Shown piece after piece: positions 11,402 to 24,190 of a DNA stretch of 64,000 nt. The position numbers and the translations under genes were made by a program. Position 1 is the stretch's first letter. Every line of letters begins with the position of its first letter. Source of the stretch: Stylophora pistillata (taxonomy: Eukaryota). Location: positions 213,963 to 277,962 of the forward strand of contig NW_019218091.1 of the NCBI RefSeq assembly GCF_002571385.2, in the 5' to 3' direction. The notes beneath the pieces are model-generated. The model searched no databases and was not told the DNA's origin. It was given only the letters and a program-made list of their open reading frames with translations.

Positions 11402-12448
11402 ATGTTCTCTAAACTGAGCCCAAGTTTCGCCCGCAAAGGACACCAACAACTCACATGCAGTGACGCGGACGAGAAAGATCGAGTGATTGCTGGAGTACAG
11501 TACAGCGTACGTTACATTGGATCCACAGAAGTTGCAGGAGCAAGTGGGACTGGCAGCGGAAAGACGGAAAAACCTGTAGCCACAGTATTTGAAGAGCAGA
11601 GGAAGACTGGCAACGGCAAGACGCAGAAGAAAATGATCCTGAACGTGTGTTCGAAAAGCTTGAGCGTCAGTGAGGAAGCGAGCGGAAAACTGGTCGCAAA
11701 TTTCGCGATCTCTAAGGTAACCTTCTGTAACATCGACAACTTCCACGAGAAAGCGTTTGTGTTCATTGCACGAGACAAGGCAGAAAGTCCATTTAAGGCA
11801 TTTGTCTTCACCTGCGAAAGCAAAGCAAAGGCACGGGAACTTTTCAAGGCACTTTCCTTGGCTTTCATGATCAATTACGAAAGTTATCAAGCGTCATTGG
11901 CTCGTGGTTGGCCAAACGGCGCAACGCATGTGCGCAACGATGAGAGCAAACAAACGTTCTTCAATGGAATAGGCGGTGAGTGTTTGGACGAAGCGCAGCC
12001 CGCAAAAGCGAAAGCGGAACATTTGAATGGTGCGTTCACTTCGCAGAAAGAATCTCACCTGCTCAATGTAAACGGTTTTCGATCCACTCAAGAGACAGTT
12101 CCGAAGAAAATGACACCCATACCGAATAAAAACCTTCTACGCGTTGCAGATTACCGCTTGCAGAGCTCGTCGAATCCCCCGCACGGTTTGAAAACAAACG
12201 CATCAATCGTCCCCGACTCAGAAACTCGTCCGTCTTCGCTGCATCCCCCGAAGATAAAAAAGAATGATGAAATGGAAGAGGAGTTTACAGAATTTGCTGA
12301 ACTGAGGTCGAAATGTCGCTCCAATTCGGCGCTCGAAGCCCCATCAAGCAGACATCCCGGAAATGTTTTTCATGGCTTCCAAGGCTGTGACAGTGCCCCG
12401 AATGTGTGGGGCAGCTTCCAAAACTACTCTTGCCCGACGATTTATTGA
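11402..12448 (+). CDS. PTB/PID-domain endocytic adaptor (LDLRAP1/ARH- or FAM43-like), single coding exon, 348 aa
   Basis: PTB hallmarks GVQYSVRYIGSTEV, FAISKVTFC, AFVFIAR, AFVFTCESKAKAREL...LSLAF. C-terminal EMEEEFTEFAELR. Coding-like GC content. AATAAA at 12782. Confidence 0.88.
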   Translation: MFSKLSPSFARKGHQQLTCSDADEKDRVIAGVQYSVRYIGSTEVAGASGTGSGKTEKPVATVFEEQRKTGNGKTQKKMILNVCSKSLSVSEEASGKLVANFAISKVTFCNIDNFHEKAFVFIARDKAESPFKAFVFTCESKAKARELFKALSLAFMINYESYQASLARGWPNGATHVRNDESKQTFFNGIGGECLDEAQPAKAKAEHLNGAFTSQKESHLLNVNGFRSTQETVPKKMTPIPNKNLLRVADYRLQSSSNPPHGLKTNASIVPDSETRPSSLHPPKIKKNDEMEEEFTEFAELRSKCRSNSALEAPSSRHPGNVFHGFQGCDSAPNVWGSFQNYSCPTIY

Positions 12449-12939
12449 ATACTCTTACCTTGCCCGAATGGTTTATTTAGAGTTCTTTTGAAGTAACAGG
12501 TTATTTATTGTTAAATCGTAAAGGATGGCGCTTGCGAATTTCCCTCGCGGTCGGAGAACATGGTGCGATTAGTAAAGGAAATCCTGGGTCAACTATGCCC
12601 GCAATTTGCTCCAAAAGCTGTCAGCCTGTGATAAATGAATTTCAATCGTTTTTGTTGAGATAGGTATGTTTGTGTCTTAAGGAATGTTAGAAAGAATTTC
12701 AGTTAACGTGTGACTGTACTGAACTGCTCGGGAGAAGAAGAAGCCGATTGTAACAGCTTTTTCTAGAACGATCTCCAACAAAATAAAAAAACTTTGGAAT
12801 TTTGATCTCGTTTAAACTCCCAACTTAACTTATGCATTATATTAAGGTTAGAAAAAGAAGATGACTTTCTCATATTTCTGGAGGACCAAGTCACCTCGAA
12901 AGACCCTCAACTGTCGTAGTAACTTTCTCCCAAGAGATG

Positions 12940-13072
12940 CATAAAGAGGTGCCGGTGAATTATAAAAAAACAAAAAAAACATGCTGGGAATAGTCCCGCG
13001 ATGGCCTCACATCCCACTCTGGGGGGAGGGGGAGGATGGTCGCAGTAATGCCGCTGAAACCGGGATAAGCTT
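12940..13072 (+). mobile_element. Degenerate SINE 3' part; a related copy at about 14930-15150
   Basis: GCGATGGCCTCACATCCCACTCTGGGGGGA...GAAACCGGGATAAGCT resembles a common cnidarian SINE tail (from memory). Confidence 0.4.
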
Positions 13073-14268
13073 AGACAGGATAAGTCGTGTATCGCGAAAG
13101 CTGTCTTAAACTTGCCCGTTCTTTAGGTTTGTGCGTCCAAGCTTAATCCCTACCCAGGACAAAGACACTTTAAACCCAAATCCGGCCCGAATCCGATATC
13201 AACATCTTAGGAAATCAGCATTGTAAGAAGTCGACAAACCAAAACCTAAAGTGGGTGTAGAATTATTGATCGCTGATAACTCTTTAACTCCCAGAAGTGA
13301 TTCAGTAACATGTAACTTCTCCCTAGAATATCCGGCAAACAGTTAATGGGAATATTTAAAGTTATCAAGGAGACTCTATGTTTGGTATTGGATCAACTAA
13401 TCCCTAATTGAAGTTTTTGTTTATTCTCATCACTTTTCTGCTTGATATTGTATTGATACTGTCGGAGAAAATCTGTCTTGGTCACTCATGGTAGTTACTG
13501 ACAGTGTTAAGCTTTTTCTTGTGTGCACCATTTGATAAACGTCTGTAGTTATCACCATAGGTCATTAAAACTTGGTAAATTTCTGGAGCAAAATATTTAG
13601 GACCTATTCCAGGTGGAAACCGGCATAAAGGTGTATCACGCAGAAAAAGAATTCCTTCTAACCTGAGGTTCAATGTTGCTAGCCAAAACCAAAAATTTCC
13701 CGAGTCCTTTTCTAATAAGATGGCTCTACGTCAGTCAAGATACAGGATTTTTCATCATTATTTTATTATGTATTCAGACATGATTACAAAGCATCGATGT
13801 ACTTATTCCCGGATGGTTACTAAATTGAACTTGTTCCAGATATTATGAAAATGATAATAAAATAAAAAGAGACCGCAATGGCCTTTAAAATTATTAACAC
13901 ATTTTATGTGCATTTGGTCGGTTGAATGCGTCGTTAGCTGATATTTTTGATAAGCAATACGCACCTTTTAATGAAACCTATAATTGGTAATCCTAAAGCC
14001 AGAGATCGAAATCGCAACAGACTGACATTTATGGTGAGGAAAAAACCATGAAGGTAGAGGAGTACATTTAAGAAAACTAAGCTTCTCTTAACGTTAAAAT
14101 AAGACAAACAACATTGCGGAAATTGTGGCTATCCAATCAACTACAGGAAACGTAATCAGTTTAGCACAAAAAATGCATCGTTTAAATTATGAACTTAATT
14201 TGAAGAATGTAAAATGAAATGCATGACAAAAATGGGTCTTCTTTCTTATGTTTCCACCGGTGTGACCT

Positions 14269-17200
14269 TTACAACTCATCGTTGAGGTGATAGTCATCCA
14301 CTCCAGCATCGTTGCTCACGCTATCGCTAAAGAGAGAACAAAAAGCATGAAGGTTAGCAACGGATGTTAATTATAAAGTCAGCCATCCATTCTACGCGGG
14401 GTTGCACGAGGATCGCATCGTGTAAGATTGACCATTTCATACGATTTTTTCAGGGAGACTCGCTGGCACTGTCATTTATTCCTAGTCAATCAGATGTAAA
14501 ATTTGCACCTTTAACTTCTCATAAGTGATGTGAAATTGACCTTTTTCCTGGTCGATTTGATAACTTCGGTTGTCAAGCGAAAAGCACGTTGGGGCGTTTG
14601 TTACGTAGAGGAAATCTAGGGACTCAAAACATATGTTCTTAGAGGGGGTCTTGATGGGTTGGCTTTTACGGCTAACGGTGGACGTTATTCCAGTGTTGTC
14701 GCCAAAAATGTTTTTTTGCGACGAACGGTTAAAATTTGTCAATTTTTATGTCCAGCGGTTAAATTTAAGGCTGTTTTACAGCTCTCGGTTGACCCCAATG
14801 AGACCTTCTTAAAACCGATAAGGGTTCATTGTGATTGGGTTCCTTTAGATACAACTCACGTTTCACAGTTATTTCATAAAATAATACAACTTGTTTGGGT
14901 AGAATCTTTGATTTATAATATTTAGGTATTGAATTAGGTTCCCGGCCCTCCTTGTCGAAAACATCATAGACAAGACGCTTTATTCTCAAAGTACCTCAAT
15001 GCACATAGGACAAGAGTGCGAAAGGGCATTGGATAACTACCATGCGAACGACCAGCCATCCGGGGTTTAATACTTCTCATCGCTAACTATTATGAAAACT
15101 GGGATGAGTTGTGAGTGTGTGAGGGCCACCGACCCCTGTGCAGACGTCTCAGTTCCAGTTTCTTACTCTTCCAGACTGTTACTTCAATTATGAATGATGT
15201 TGGGTGATGAAATACATGTCTTACCTACGGGCTGGGATATTGCATCTGTTTGTTGTGAACACCTCGAGGTCCACTTCTGGGAGCTTTTCACAGGGAACAC
15301 GTACTTTTGACTGTATAAATCCAAACCTCGGTACAGAAGGGATGTCCATGTTGTCACAGATAATCTTGGAAATCCTGATTTTTCTGATTTCGCGAAGTTG
15401 GCATCGTGTAAATGCTGTTCTATCGGTGTTAAGGGTTTCATTTGGTGCGTTTTCATGCCAAAAACGATCTCCCAGTCGAAGGCGTTGGAACCCGTTTGCT
15501 ATTAGACACTGCGCGGTTGGCCCCAAGAGTCCTCCGCTGACCATATCGGGTTCCAACATTGCTGTCAACGGCAAAATAGTAAACATTATCAGAGACAGCG
15601 GCGTAGTGTAGCGCAGCTCTTACTTTCCTAGCCTTTGGATTTTCATTGTCTTTCTAGAGTGTAGAAATTGTGACTGAGAATCGAGAAAAGCGACAGGATA
15701 ACCACACCCCTTCCCTTGACACGATAAGTAGGGTCAATGCTTTGGAAATGCACTTGCTCTGTTCTCCGGCCTGTCGCCCCTCCCCTTTCAAACTGTTCTA
15801 CTGATAGTTTGTAATTGAAATTCAGAGACCAACAATATGAGGGTGGGGGGGGCTGAAAGTACCCCCCAACAAATGTGTCTGGGAGTGTAGCTATCTAAAA
15901 AAGTTATACACTATATTTAGTCTAAATTTTTGAGTAGAAGGCTCACCAGTGAGTTTGCTTTAGTATACTGCCGCCGCTTTCGATGGCTAACATTTAAATA
16001 GCTGAAACCCATACAGATTAATCACCCAGGTTAACCAGTTGCTTTCCAGCCTATAAGTGAATTTCTTGTCTGACTCATTGTTCTGCAATGGGCAAGTGAA
16101 AATCGAATGCTCGCGAACGAAACGTGAGCATTAATGTCGCACCGATAAATTCGTTCAAGGTCTACCATTGCTAAAGTTAGAACTAGGTAGCCGAGGTTAT
16201 TTGCTTTTTTACTTTGAATTCTCCTGGCTTGCGATATTTTTCCGTGTTTTGATTGGCCGTGGTGTGTTGGTTATAGCTTTCCACTACATTCAATATTAAA
16301 GCGCTCTCTTAGTAGCACAAACCTACCTCCGGTAAAAACATCGATGTCTTCAACGTGTTTGTACACTTTTTTTAAGTTTTGTACGTCCTTGGGATCGAAG
16401 CCAGCTTTCAAAAGGTCGCCGAAACTGTTTACCTTAGGTTGAATGTTGCACAAATCGAGGTTACGGTAAACTGTGTAGCCGGCAACACCACGTTCACGAC
16501 CTCTGTTGTTGTTGAGGGCTATGAGATCAGACGTATCGCCCGCACCTCGCCTGAGCTGTTCTTGCACCGCACTGGAAAAACGCCTACAATGAGAAAAGAA
16601 ACATCAGAGAATGTCTTTACACAAGACGGAAGAAAGTTAGCAAAGCGAAAGCCAAAGAGGAAGTTAATGGCCCGTATATTCATACTGCAGAGGCCCCTGT
16701 AGCTTCGTTTCGTTATAAGCTGGGAAGCTGCCACAAAGTTCTCAGAACATGGAGCCACGACTACATCGCACAGTGAAATGAAAGTGACACTATGGTGAAC
16801 TCGCTGATGTACTCCACAGAATTTAATTAGAATTAACGTGATTGTACTAAGAGCCAATGATTCTGTGATTCCAAGAAACGGAACTGAGCCGTTATCCCCG
16901 TATAAGTCCTTCCAAATTGATACGCCATATTTAGCTATACGTCCCCGTCTTTAAGAAGATACATGCTCTCCCTAGACCCCTAAGGCCGTGCTAATTCAAC
17001 GGGATTTGCCCAGCGAATCCCTACCGTACTAGTTCCTATGTGTCGCATTACCCCGAGTAAAAAGGAGCGAAATTGGAACGACGGACGATATGCGCACTTT
17101 GGCCTTGGACTTTGACCAAAACTAATCTACTTCCTCTATTGATTGGATGGCGTAATTGTCGCGAGGATGGAAAAATTATCCTCACTTAAAGTAAGATCTT

Positions 17201-20200
17201 GCTCTACCAACACGGGGCACTGACAGAACCACGTCAGGCTTCAGGGAGAGAGGATGGTCTTTTTGATTCACCTTATGTTCTCAGGGGTTAGGTGGAATTG
17301 TCATATTTTTCTTTACAAGGGTCTTGGGCCTAACTGGAGAAGATCATTTAAAATGCAAGGCGTAGCTCCGGAGGGTCGATAAATTACAGCTTTTGCCAAA
17401 TTCTGCTTTGAACGGGATTTTGTCCTATCAAACTTACCTTAAGGGTCTAATGTTACCCAATTAGAGTGCTTTTCGATTGAGTGTTAAAATACCAAAACCA
17501 AAGTAACCAAAGCAGCTAATCAGAACGAAAGAAAACATCTCTAGGAGCCAATGAGAACTCGAAATGAAATCTAGCGTGAGAAACGACCCGTGACTAAGTC
17601 ATGACTGGTGTTTGTTTTCATTCTGATTTGCTTGGAAGGCAATGCGAATTTTCTGGATCAACCACATAGCGAACTGAGGCAAAATCAAAGCAATCCAAGA
17701 TTATTTTATGACAGCCAATCAAAAATTTCCCAGCACTTTTCTTTAGTCAGTTAGCTCTCTGTAAGTTTCACTCACCCATCAACTTTTGCAGCAGGGTCTT
17801 TCATCAGGCCTCTAAAAATAGAATTAAGTCCTCCGTTACACAGTTGATAAAGGAAAGTTGGATCGCCAAACGTCTTTACTGGGATGTCGGGGAACTCTGC
17901 CTTTGAATTTTTGCCACAATTGTGTTCAAAGCCATCTTGAGTAAAACGTCTGAACTCTTCTTGAACCAAACTGTGGCCAAAGCGGTATGCAGCCGTTGAG
18001 AAGACCTGGGTTATTTGGGGGTGAACTTCTGGGTCATAGCCTTCAAAATAATTTGTCCCTCTTTCCAGAATCAGGTCAAAGTCTCTCCTCTAAAAACACA
18101 ACGAGAAACAAAGTGAGACAAAAAGAGACAAAGAGATCCTTTAATTTGATTTAATATAACTTCTGGTGTAAATGGAGTATTAATATAACTTCGGGTGTAA
18201 ATGGAGTATTAAATCCCACTATTAACCGGAATGAGTGAGAATGCGTGCAATAAGTATGCGCCCTAGTCAAAGTGGGGTTAAAAGTCAGGCTTTAGTGAAG
18301 CAAAGCTTCTTATGGTTCCGCGTTCTACCTAAAAACACTGCAGCAATCCGAGAATAAATCGCGCTGAGCACAAAGCTGCCTTATCTCTTAATTACAGCAT
18401 TACTGTAGCGCTACCAAATGAAGTATTCTCCTTACCGTCCTTGTGCTCAAAATTAAGGGCAGAAATTCAGCGTATGTGATGCGTTGCAGGTACGCACCAA
18501 TGATTCTCCTTGTTTCTTGGTAAATTCGCTCTGGGCCCCATAAAGTCTTTTTACCGAAGAAAGTTGCGATTCGATTGTGCTCACGTATTAGCAGAGTATG
18601 AACTGACATGAGACCTGCGACAAAAAAGGTTGAAAAATATGAAGAAATAAATCAGCACATTCTTAAAAACTGACTACTTTTCAGTGTTTTTAATATATAT
18701 ATATATATATAAGGCTACAAGGGGTTTAAAGCCAATAAGAACTCCGAGAAATTGAAATTTTGCGTCTTAATTGTGCCAGTAAACTTAACAGTAATTACTC
18801 CCTTTCAAATTAATTTTTTTCACTAGTTGGATGATTAAAAACCAGCTCTTTTCTGCGCATGAGTGACTTAAGTCGCAACTGGTTTAGCATTATTTGTGGA
18901 GGGGGGGGGGGCATTTTCCATCCAGATCAAGCGCAAAGCATAGTGATTTATAACCAATGGCAATCCCTCGTTTCTTTTCACATTTAAATGAAAATTGTTC
19001 CATTTATAAGACTTTGGGAACCCGTATACATTTATTAGATATGAATTATTTGCTGGGTTGTAATCAAACATCTTCTAGACCTATCTAAGGACTACCCGCG
19101 GGAGACTCCAATTCTAAAACGATAGGGTTAGGGTTATGGTTTTCTCAAAAAAAACGTTGATTGAATCCCCGTACGGGGACCCAATCTGGGGACCCAATCT
19201 GGGTATGGCTAGAGTTTTATTCGTTCCTTCAAAGATGGCATTTCATTTGCAGCCTTAAACGAGAGTTTTCTCTTCTTCTTCATTCTAGACCCAGGCTCCT
19301 CGCCTCTGATAAACTGTTGTGTGCTCTTACCTTGGTTTTCGTTTACGCGCTCGTCTCCTGCCAAAAAGCAAGGTGTATTGTCATCCAATGACGGGCAAAA
19401 CGTGCCGGGTTGAGCTGCTGGTAGAAAGTCCCCGAGGGGGCAGCCCTGTACGGGTTTCATAATTTTCATTAACCCATCTGGGGCCCTGAGCAGCGCCTCT
19501 TCCTCCTCGCTTGAGCCGTAAACATTGGATGCATCGATATAGGCTGTTATGACGTTGCTGTGTCCTCGTGGAGCCAGTCTGCATAACTTCTCTGGTTTGT
19601 GAGGTGCGTCTCGCTCCATTTCAATCTCATGGATATCCCGATCCAGAAAGATTCTGTCACCCTCTGGAATTTCAATGTTGATACACTCGGGGTCTTCGGT
19701 TGGAGGTTCACAGTTAATACCCGGAAACTCTGCCAGCGTGACGTCATGATCCATAAACTGTCCCCAGTTCATCGACAAGTGGGTGAGCAATTGGGAATCA
19801 GGATTGGTTCTGTCTGCGTTACTTCCGTGAACTTCGAAACTCACTTCCCTCGGGTTCGGTAATTCTTCTCCCTCCTTTGTTGTGCGAAGTGACGAGACGC
19901 AGTCTCCGTAAGCATTGGGCACCAAGCGTAGAAATTGATCACCCGCTGACCCACGTCCAGGATTTTTTAAATTGTTGCATGTTCCGTCGGCTGTTCGGAA
20001 ACGAGCGTTTTCATTGCACGTTATGTTGTCATCATGGGATTCGTCTTTTTCAAATATATCAAAAATTCTCAGTTTGCATTCTTTTAATCGCTCCTCACTG
20101 TGAAGAGATTAAGGGGAAGCAACTTTAGATCATTTAGGTCGTGGTATTTTGAACAAATAGTAGAATGTAGAATTTCTGCTCTCGATCCATATGCGTCATA

Positions 20201-20811
20201 GTTGATTCTGGCCCCGCCCTCGTCAACTCCCTTTCACACGATAGAAATCAGAAGCTTATAAAATTCTATTTGTTAAACATGAAATTCTTATTGAAGGCAG
20301 TTCATAACTTTTTTCCTTACCCACTCGAAGTAACTCTGAGTGCTGTCAGAATTCCTTGATCCTCACAAAGTTTTTCTATAACACAAATAGTGCACTGTTC
20401 ACTTTGTTTTGCTTCAAGCCACACTTTGCCGGGCTGGAGAGATTTTTTCCCATGCTGTAATGCTTGGTAGAATTTACGTAAGGCAAGTTTCTGCCTTTTT
20501 TCTTTTTTCTGCAGTTTGCTCGCTCCAAATTTTTGTATGGCTTCTAGCAAGCATGTTTTCTGTAGAAGTACAGCTTTTGTTTCAATTTGCCTCCTCACTG
20601 CCTGGTCGTCTCGCTTTTTCAGTTGTTGTTCTCGTTTTTTGTCTATACCCCTTACGCTCAACTCGTCTAACTTCGTCATCTCATCAGTCATGTCCTCCAG
20701 TGTTTCCTCTTCCTTGTTGGACGGGTATGGGTCATCAATAATGTAAGAAGATGTCATCCCCAAAGCGAGGATCAATAAAAAGACCAATCCACCGTGGATA
20801 CGGCCCAACAT
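14269..20811 (-). CDS. Secreted animal heme peroxidase (peroxidase-cyclooxygenase superfamily), paralog A, 800 aa
   Basis: Exons 20811-20321, 20097-19331, 18614-18436, 18089-17776, 16583-16327, 15561-15225, 14326-14269 (TAA); 2403 nt in frame. Signal peptide MLGRIHGGLVFLLILALG. Motifs FRTADGTCNN, WGQFMDHD, TAYIDASNVYG, GDERVNE, REHNR, AAYRFGHS, GDRFW. Confidence 0.93.
17460..17730. mobile_element. MITE of the TAGAG(C/T)G...AAAACCAAAGTAA family; remnants at 16210-16312, 32540-32780, 49510-49730, 49900-50036
   Basis: Repeated within the window in both orientations, with shared CCAATGAGAACTC / CTGATTGGC motifs. Confidence 0.55.
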
Positions 20812-22655
20812 GTTGACTAAAGTCAAAAGGAAAAAGGCACAGTATTAGGTTAGGTAAGACAGTTGAGCGCTTTAAACAATTTCATCGATAAAAGCTTTGC
20901 CACACTTTCTCCTCAAGAAAAAAGAAAAGCCCCTTGCAGGTCTTGGGTGTGAGACCATGTGAGTAATAAAACGGTCGTGATGCGAGACAATGGCAAAGAA
21001 AAAAAATTAAGAAGATTCACAATATTAGAGTAGTCATTAAAAAAAAAAAAAAAATTAGAAGTTCGACAGTTCTTAAGACATTTGCATGATGGAAGATAAA
21101 ACTTTGTTCTATCCTCTTTGTTTGAACTTTGTTCTATGGAAGATAAAACTTTGTTCTATCCTCCCTAACAATTCTTGCTATTTTATCAAAAGGAAGCTAA
21201 CCCTTAATTTTCGCCTTTGAACCTCTACTTACGTTTTTTATTCGATTCATGACCCTTCAAGGGAATCTAATTACCGTGTTGTGATAATCAGAAACGCTAA
21301 TGAAAGGGAAAGCTAGAATTGGCTACTTTAGCGATCAAATTATCCGATGGCGGCTATTTTGGATCATGTGACCAATGAGGTCTCCCTAGAAAATAGTATG
21401 ATTTAGCAACGAGCATTTTCACTTTTCCGAAAGGGGGTGGGGAGAGTGGAAACTTTTTCCGGTTCTCTTTTTTTTTTTCTGACAAAAGTAGCATCGAATG
21501 AGAAAAATAAAAATTACTGTATAGAGGTGTGCGCGGATGCGAGAACAATGCATGTGTACGTTTGACTTCGAATGACCATTTTTTTGAAGTTGTGTTTTGT
21601 TGTCATTATCGCTTGGCAGTCACTTGCTCAAGCATAACGACTATACTTTTTTTCCTGTTTGAGTGATATGCATTTTTTGGGCGCACAATGCCTAATGAAA
21701 ATACCTAGCGCATGAGACGTGATCTCTAAAGTGCACGGAATTCGTGCTCTGCTTTGCTCACTCAACATGCCGGAGGTAGTTACTATCCTAGAAAACGAAA
21801 ATGGTCGTGCTTTGAAAAACCCACAACCGAATTTGATCGACTCTCATCTTTGTCGAGGCCTTTAAGAGGGATTTAACATTTTATCTACTTTTAAGTTTCA
21901 GTAAGTTTTTCTTCGCTTTTTTAAAAGGGATCTCATGGAAATTGTTTCGATTGCTCTTCCTTACTAGAGTCATCTAACAGAAATCGTATGTGAGGGCGAT
22001 GTGTTGAAAATTGACTTCGGGGATGTTAAACAAATTCTCAGAAAACGATGCAGTGATAAATTATACGAATGTAAATTTGGGCTTAAAAATCGTAAGACAA
22101 AAGACTTGGGTATAAGGTTACCAAGAACTACACTCATGAATAACAAAAGCTTTCACAATGCTTACATTACTTTTGGAATTCCACTGAAAAAAAGCACAAA
22201 ACGGAATTTTAAGGGTAGCGGACAGTCAGAGGCAAACAAAATGCATTGAGTCAATGTTGGTTGGGATGAAGTTAGATTTGGCTGGCGTATTTGGTAAAAA
22301 TATAGGTGATACTCTCAATATGTGCTCATAAAAGCTGAAACCCGACAAGTCCAAAATGATTTTACCGCCGTAAGGTCAGCTAATACAAATTGGAAAAGTT
22401 TGAAAGATGTCCAAGAAGTGCCATAAATGCAACTTTTAAAAGCCATCAAGACTTTTACGCTCGATGAGCAAATATGAAATCTCTTCGGCGTCCACTAACA
22501 GATTACAACCAACTAATTTTGTTTTTGTGTGTATGTTCATAGTTAGAACTAAAATAGTGGTACAGCTTTTGAACCGAACGCATTGGAAAATACTTAAGGA
22601 AGAGTGCAATTCATCTCAATAAATTATAGGAAAATCCAACATGAAACTTAATTAC

Positions 22656-22755
22656 CTCTAATAATCCCTGTTTCTTCTGCTCAAAAGTCAGCTGCTTCTG
22701 GTAGAACTCCCTGTTTCTGACTTAAATCCCACTGTTTTAAACGGCTCATTTTATA
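22656..22755 (-). promoter_or_regulatory. Probable TATA box and non-coding first exon of peroxidase A
   Basis: TATAAAA (minus strand) at 22755-22749 and donor AGAG|GTAATT at 22655. The ATG exon begins 5 nt after an acceptor (TTTAG|TCAACATG), which implies an upstream exon. Confidence 0.55.
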
Positions 22756-24190
22756 TCAACAACCCGGAACTTTTCTGAGGTCATTACTGCCCTTTTGTTT
22801 TGTAGCCCTTGAATTAACAAACTCATTTGTATTGTTTGAATATTCGTGGGCGCATCAACTCCCTTACGTAGGCCTTGTACACGCGAATTGTTTGAGGAGG
22901 TTCGTTTGTTTCTGATATCGTAACAGAAACGTTTTTCCTGCGATGTTTTCACGCATTTTATTGAACGTGATTATGTTTGGTGAGACAATATTTGAATTTG
23001 TTTTCACGTTATTTTTTGAATTGTGTTTGTTCTACGTGAATGATTTTTCCGGAATGGTATCGTTTTGTTCACGTTTCTGATAACCGTTTTAACAAGTCGT
23101 TTGGGGTAAAACTCAGGGGGTAGCTGCTTTTATGGTTTGACTGAGGTGTTTCGAGTATCAGTTTGCAGTCATGTTGCACTTTTTAAAAACAGCAAATGGG
23201 AGAGGTAATTTTATCGACATCTACAAGGAAAAAAGTAGTTTCGTGTCGCAACCCAGTTTTAGTTAAGTATTGTTTAGAATTCTAAAGAGGTTAAATGGTT
23301 GGAAAAGCATCTTTGTTCAATTAACATTGCGGTTGAGTGCTCTGTTTTACGTAAAATAAACTGAAGAGAAAAAGGAAAAACCTATTCTTACGATTTTTAA
23401 CTTCATTTTCTTGAGACATGCATCCTTTCAGCAAGTTCACGTCGAAATAGCTCTCAGTAAAGCGTAGAATCGATAAAAACTACTTGAAGTATGATAGGGG
23501 ATAGGTATTCTGTATTGTAACAAGGTTGTAAAAAACAACCGATGAGTGGATAATTTCAATACAAACAATAGATAAGATGTCAATAACCAAAACATGTACT
23601 TCTTTTTTAAATCTTTGAGCCAATTCTAAATGCATCTTTTGGAAAGTTAGAAGGTTAATATGAACAGATGTGATTGTTCTTGACTTTAATGACTTCAAAC
23701 ACCCCCGTTACCACAGCATTAAGGAGGAAAACAGATGGGTAAAATTATCATAAAAAAGCGTTTTCTATATGCGATGTATATGGAATGTTCCTCTGAATTT
23801 TTATCTGCAGTTCTGGTTGTGATGAACTTTCTAATGATGATGAAGTCTGTTTTTTCACTGCTTGTCGCTGTGGGTGATGAAAAATTTTCCTGTTTGCAAA
23901 TTAGTATAATTACAAACTAATTGACGTCTAAATTAGCGAGAACCAAGCCGTTCGCTGTTGAGTTTTGAGCTTTTGATGAAAAGCGTTCAACAACAGATCA
24001 CTAGCTTCAATATAAATCGGCTTTTTTACGCAGATACTGGCCTTGTTTTTCACATGACGCGCTCTACCCACCAAAAAGCGGAAATTGCGAAGCTGACCGT
24101 GGTTCAGTCCAATTTTCCGCATTCCCACATCTAAACAAGAAAGGTCAGCGGAACTTATCAAAAATAAAGCGTTTTATAGTAAACTTGAGT

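Noticed and set aside
11279-11890. 203-aa minus-strand ORF
   Set aside because: Antisense shadow of the PTB CDS with no recognisable motifs. The same applies to plus-strand ORFs overlapping peroxidase exons.
18151-21165. Short direct duplications (18151-18211, 19175-19203, 21089-21163)
   Set aside because: Ordinary slippage duplications within introns.
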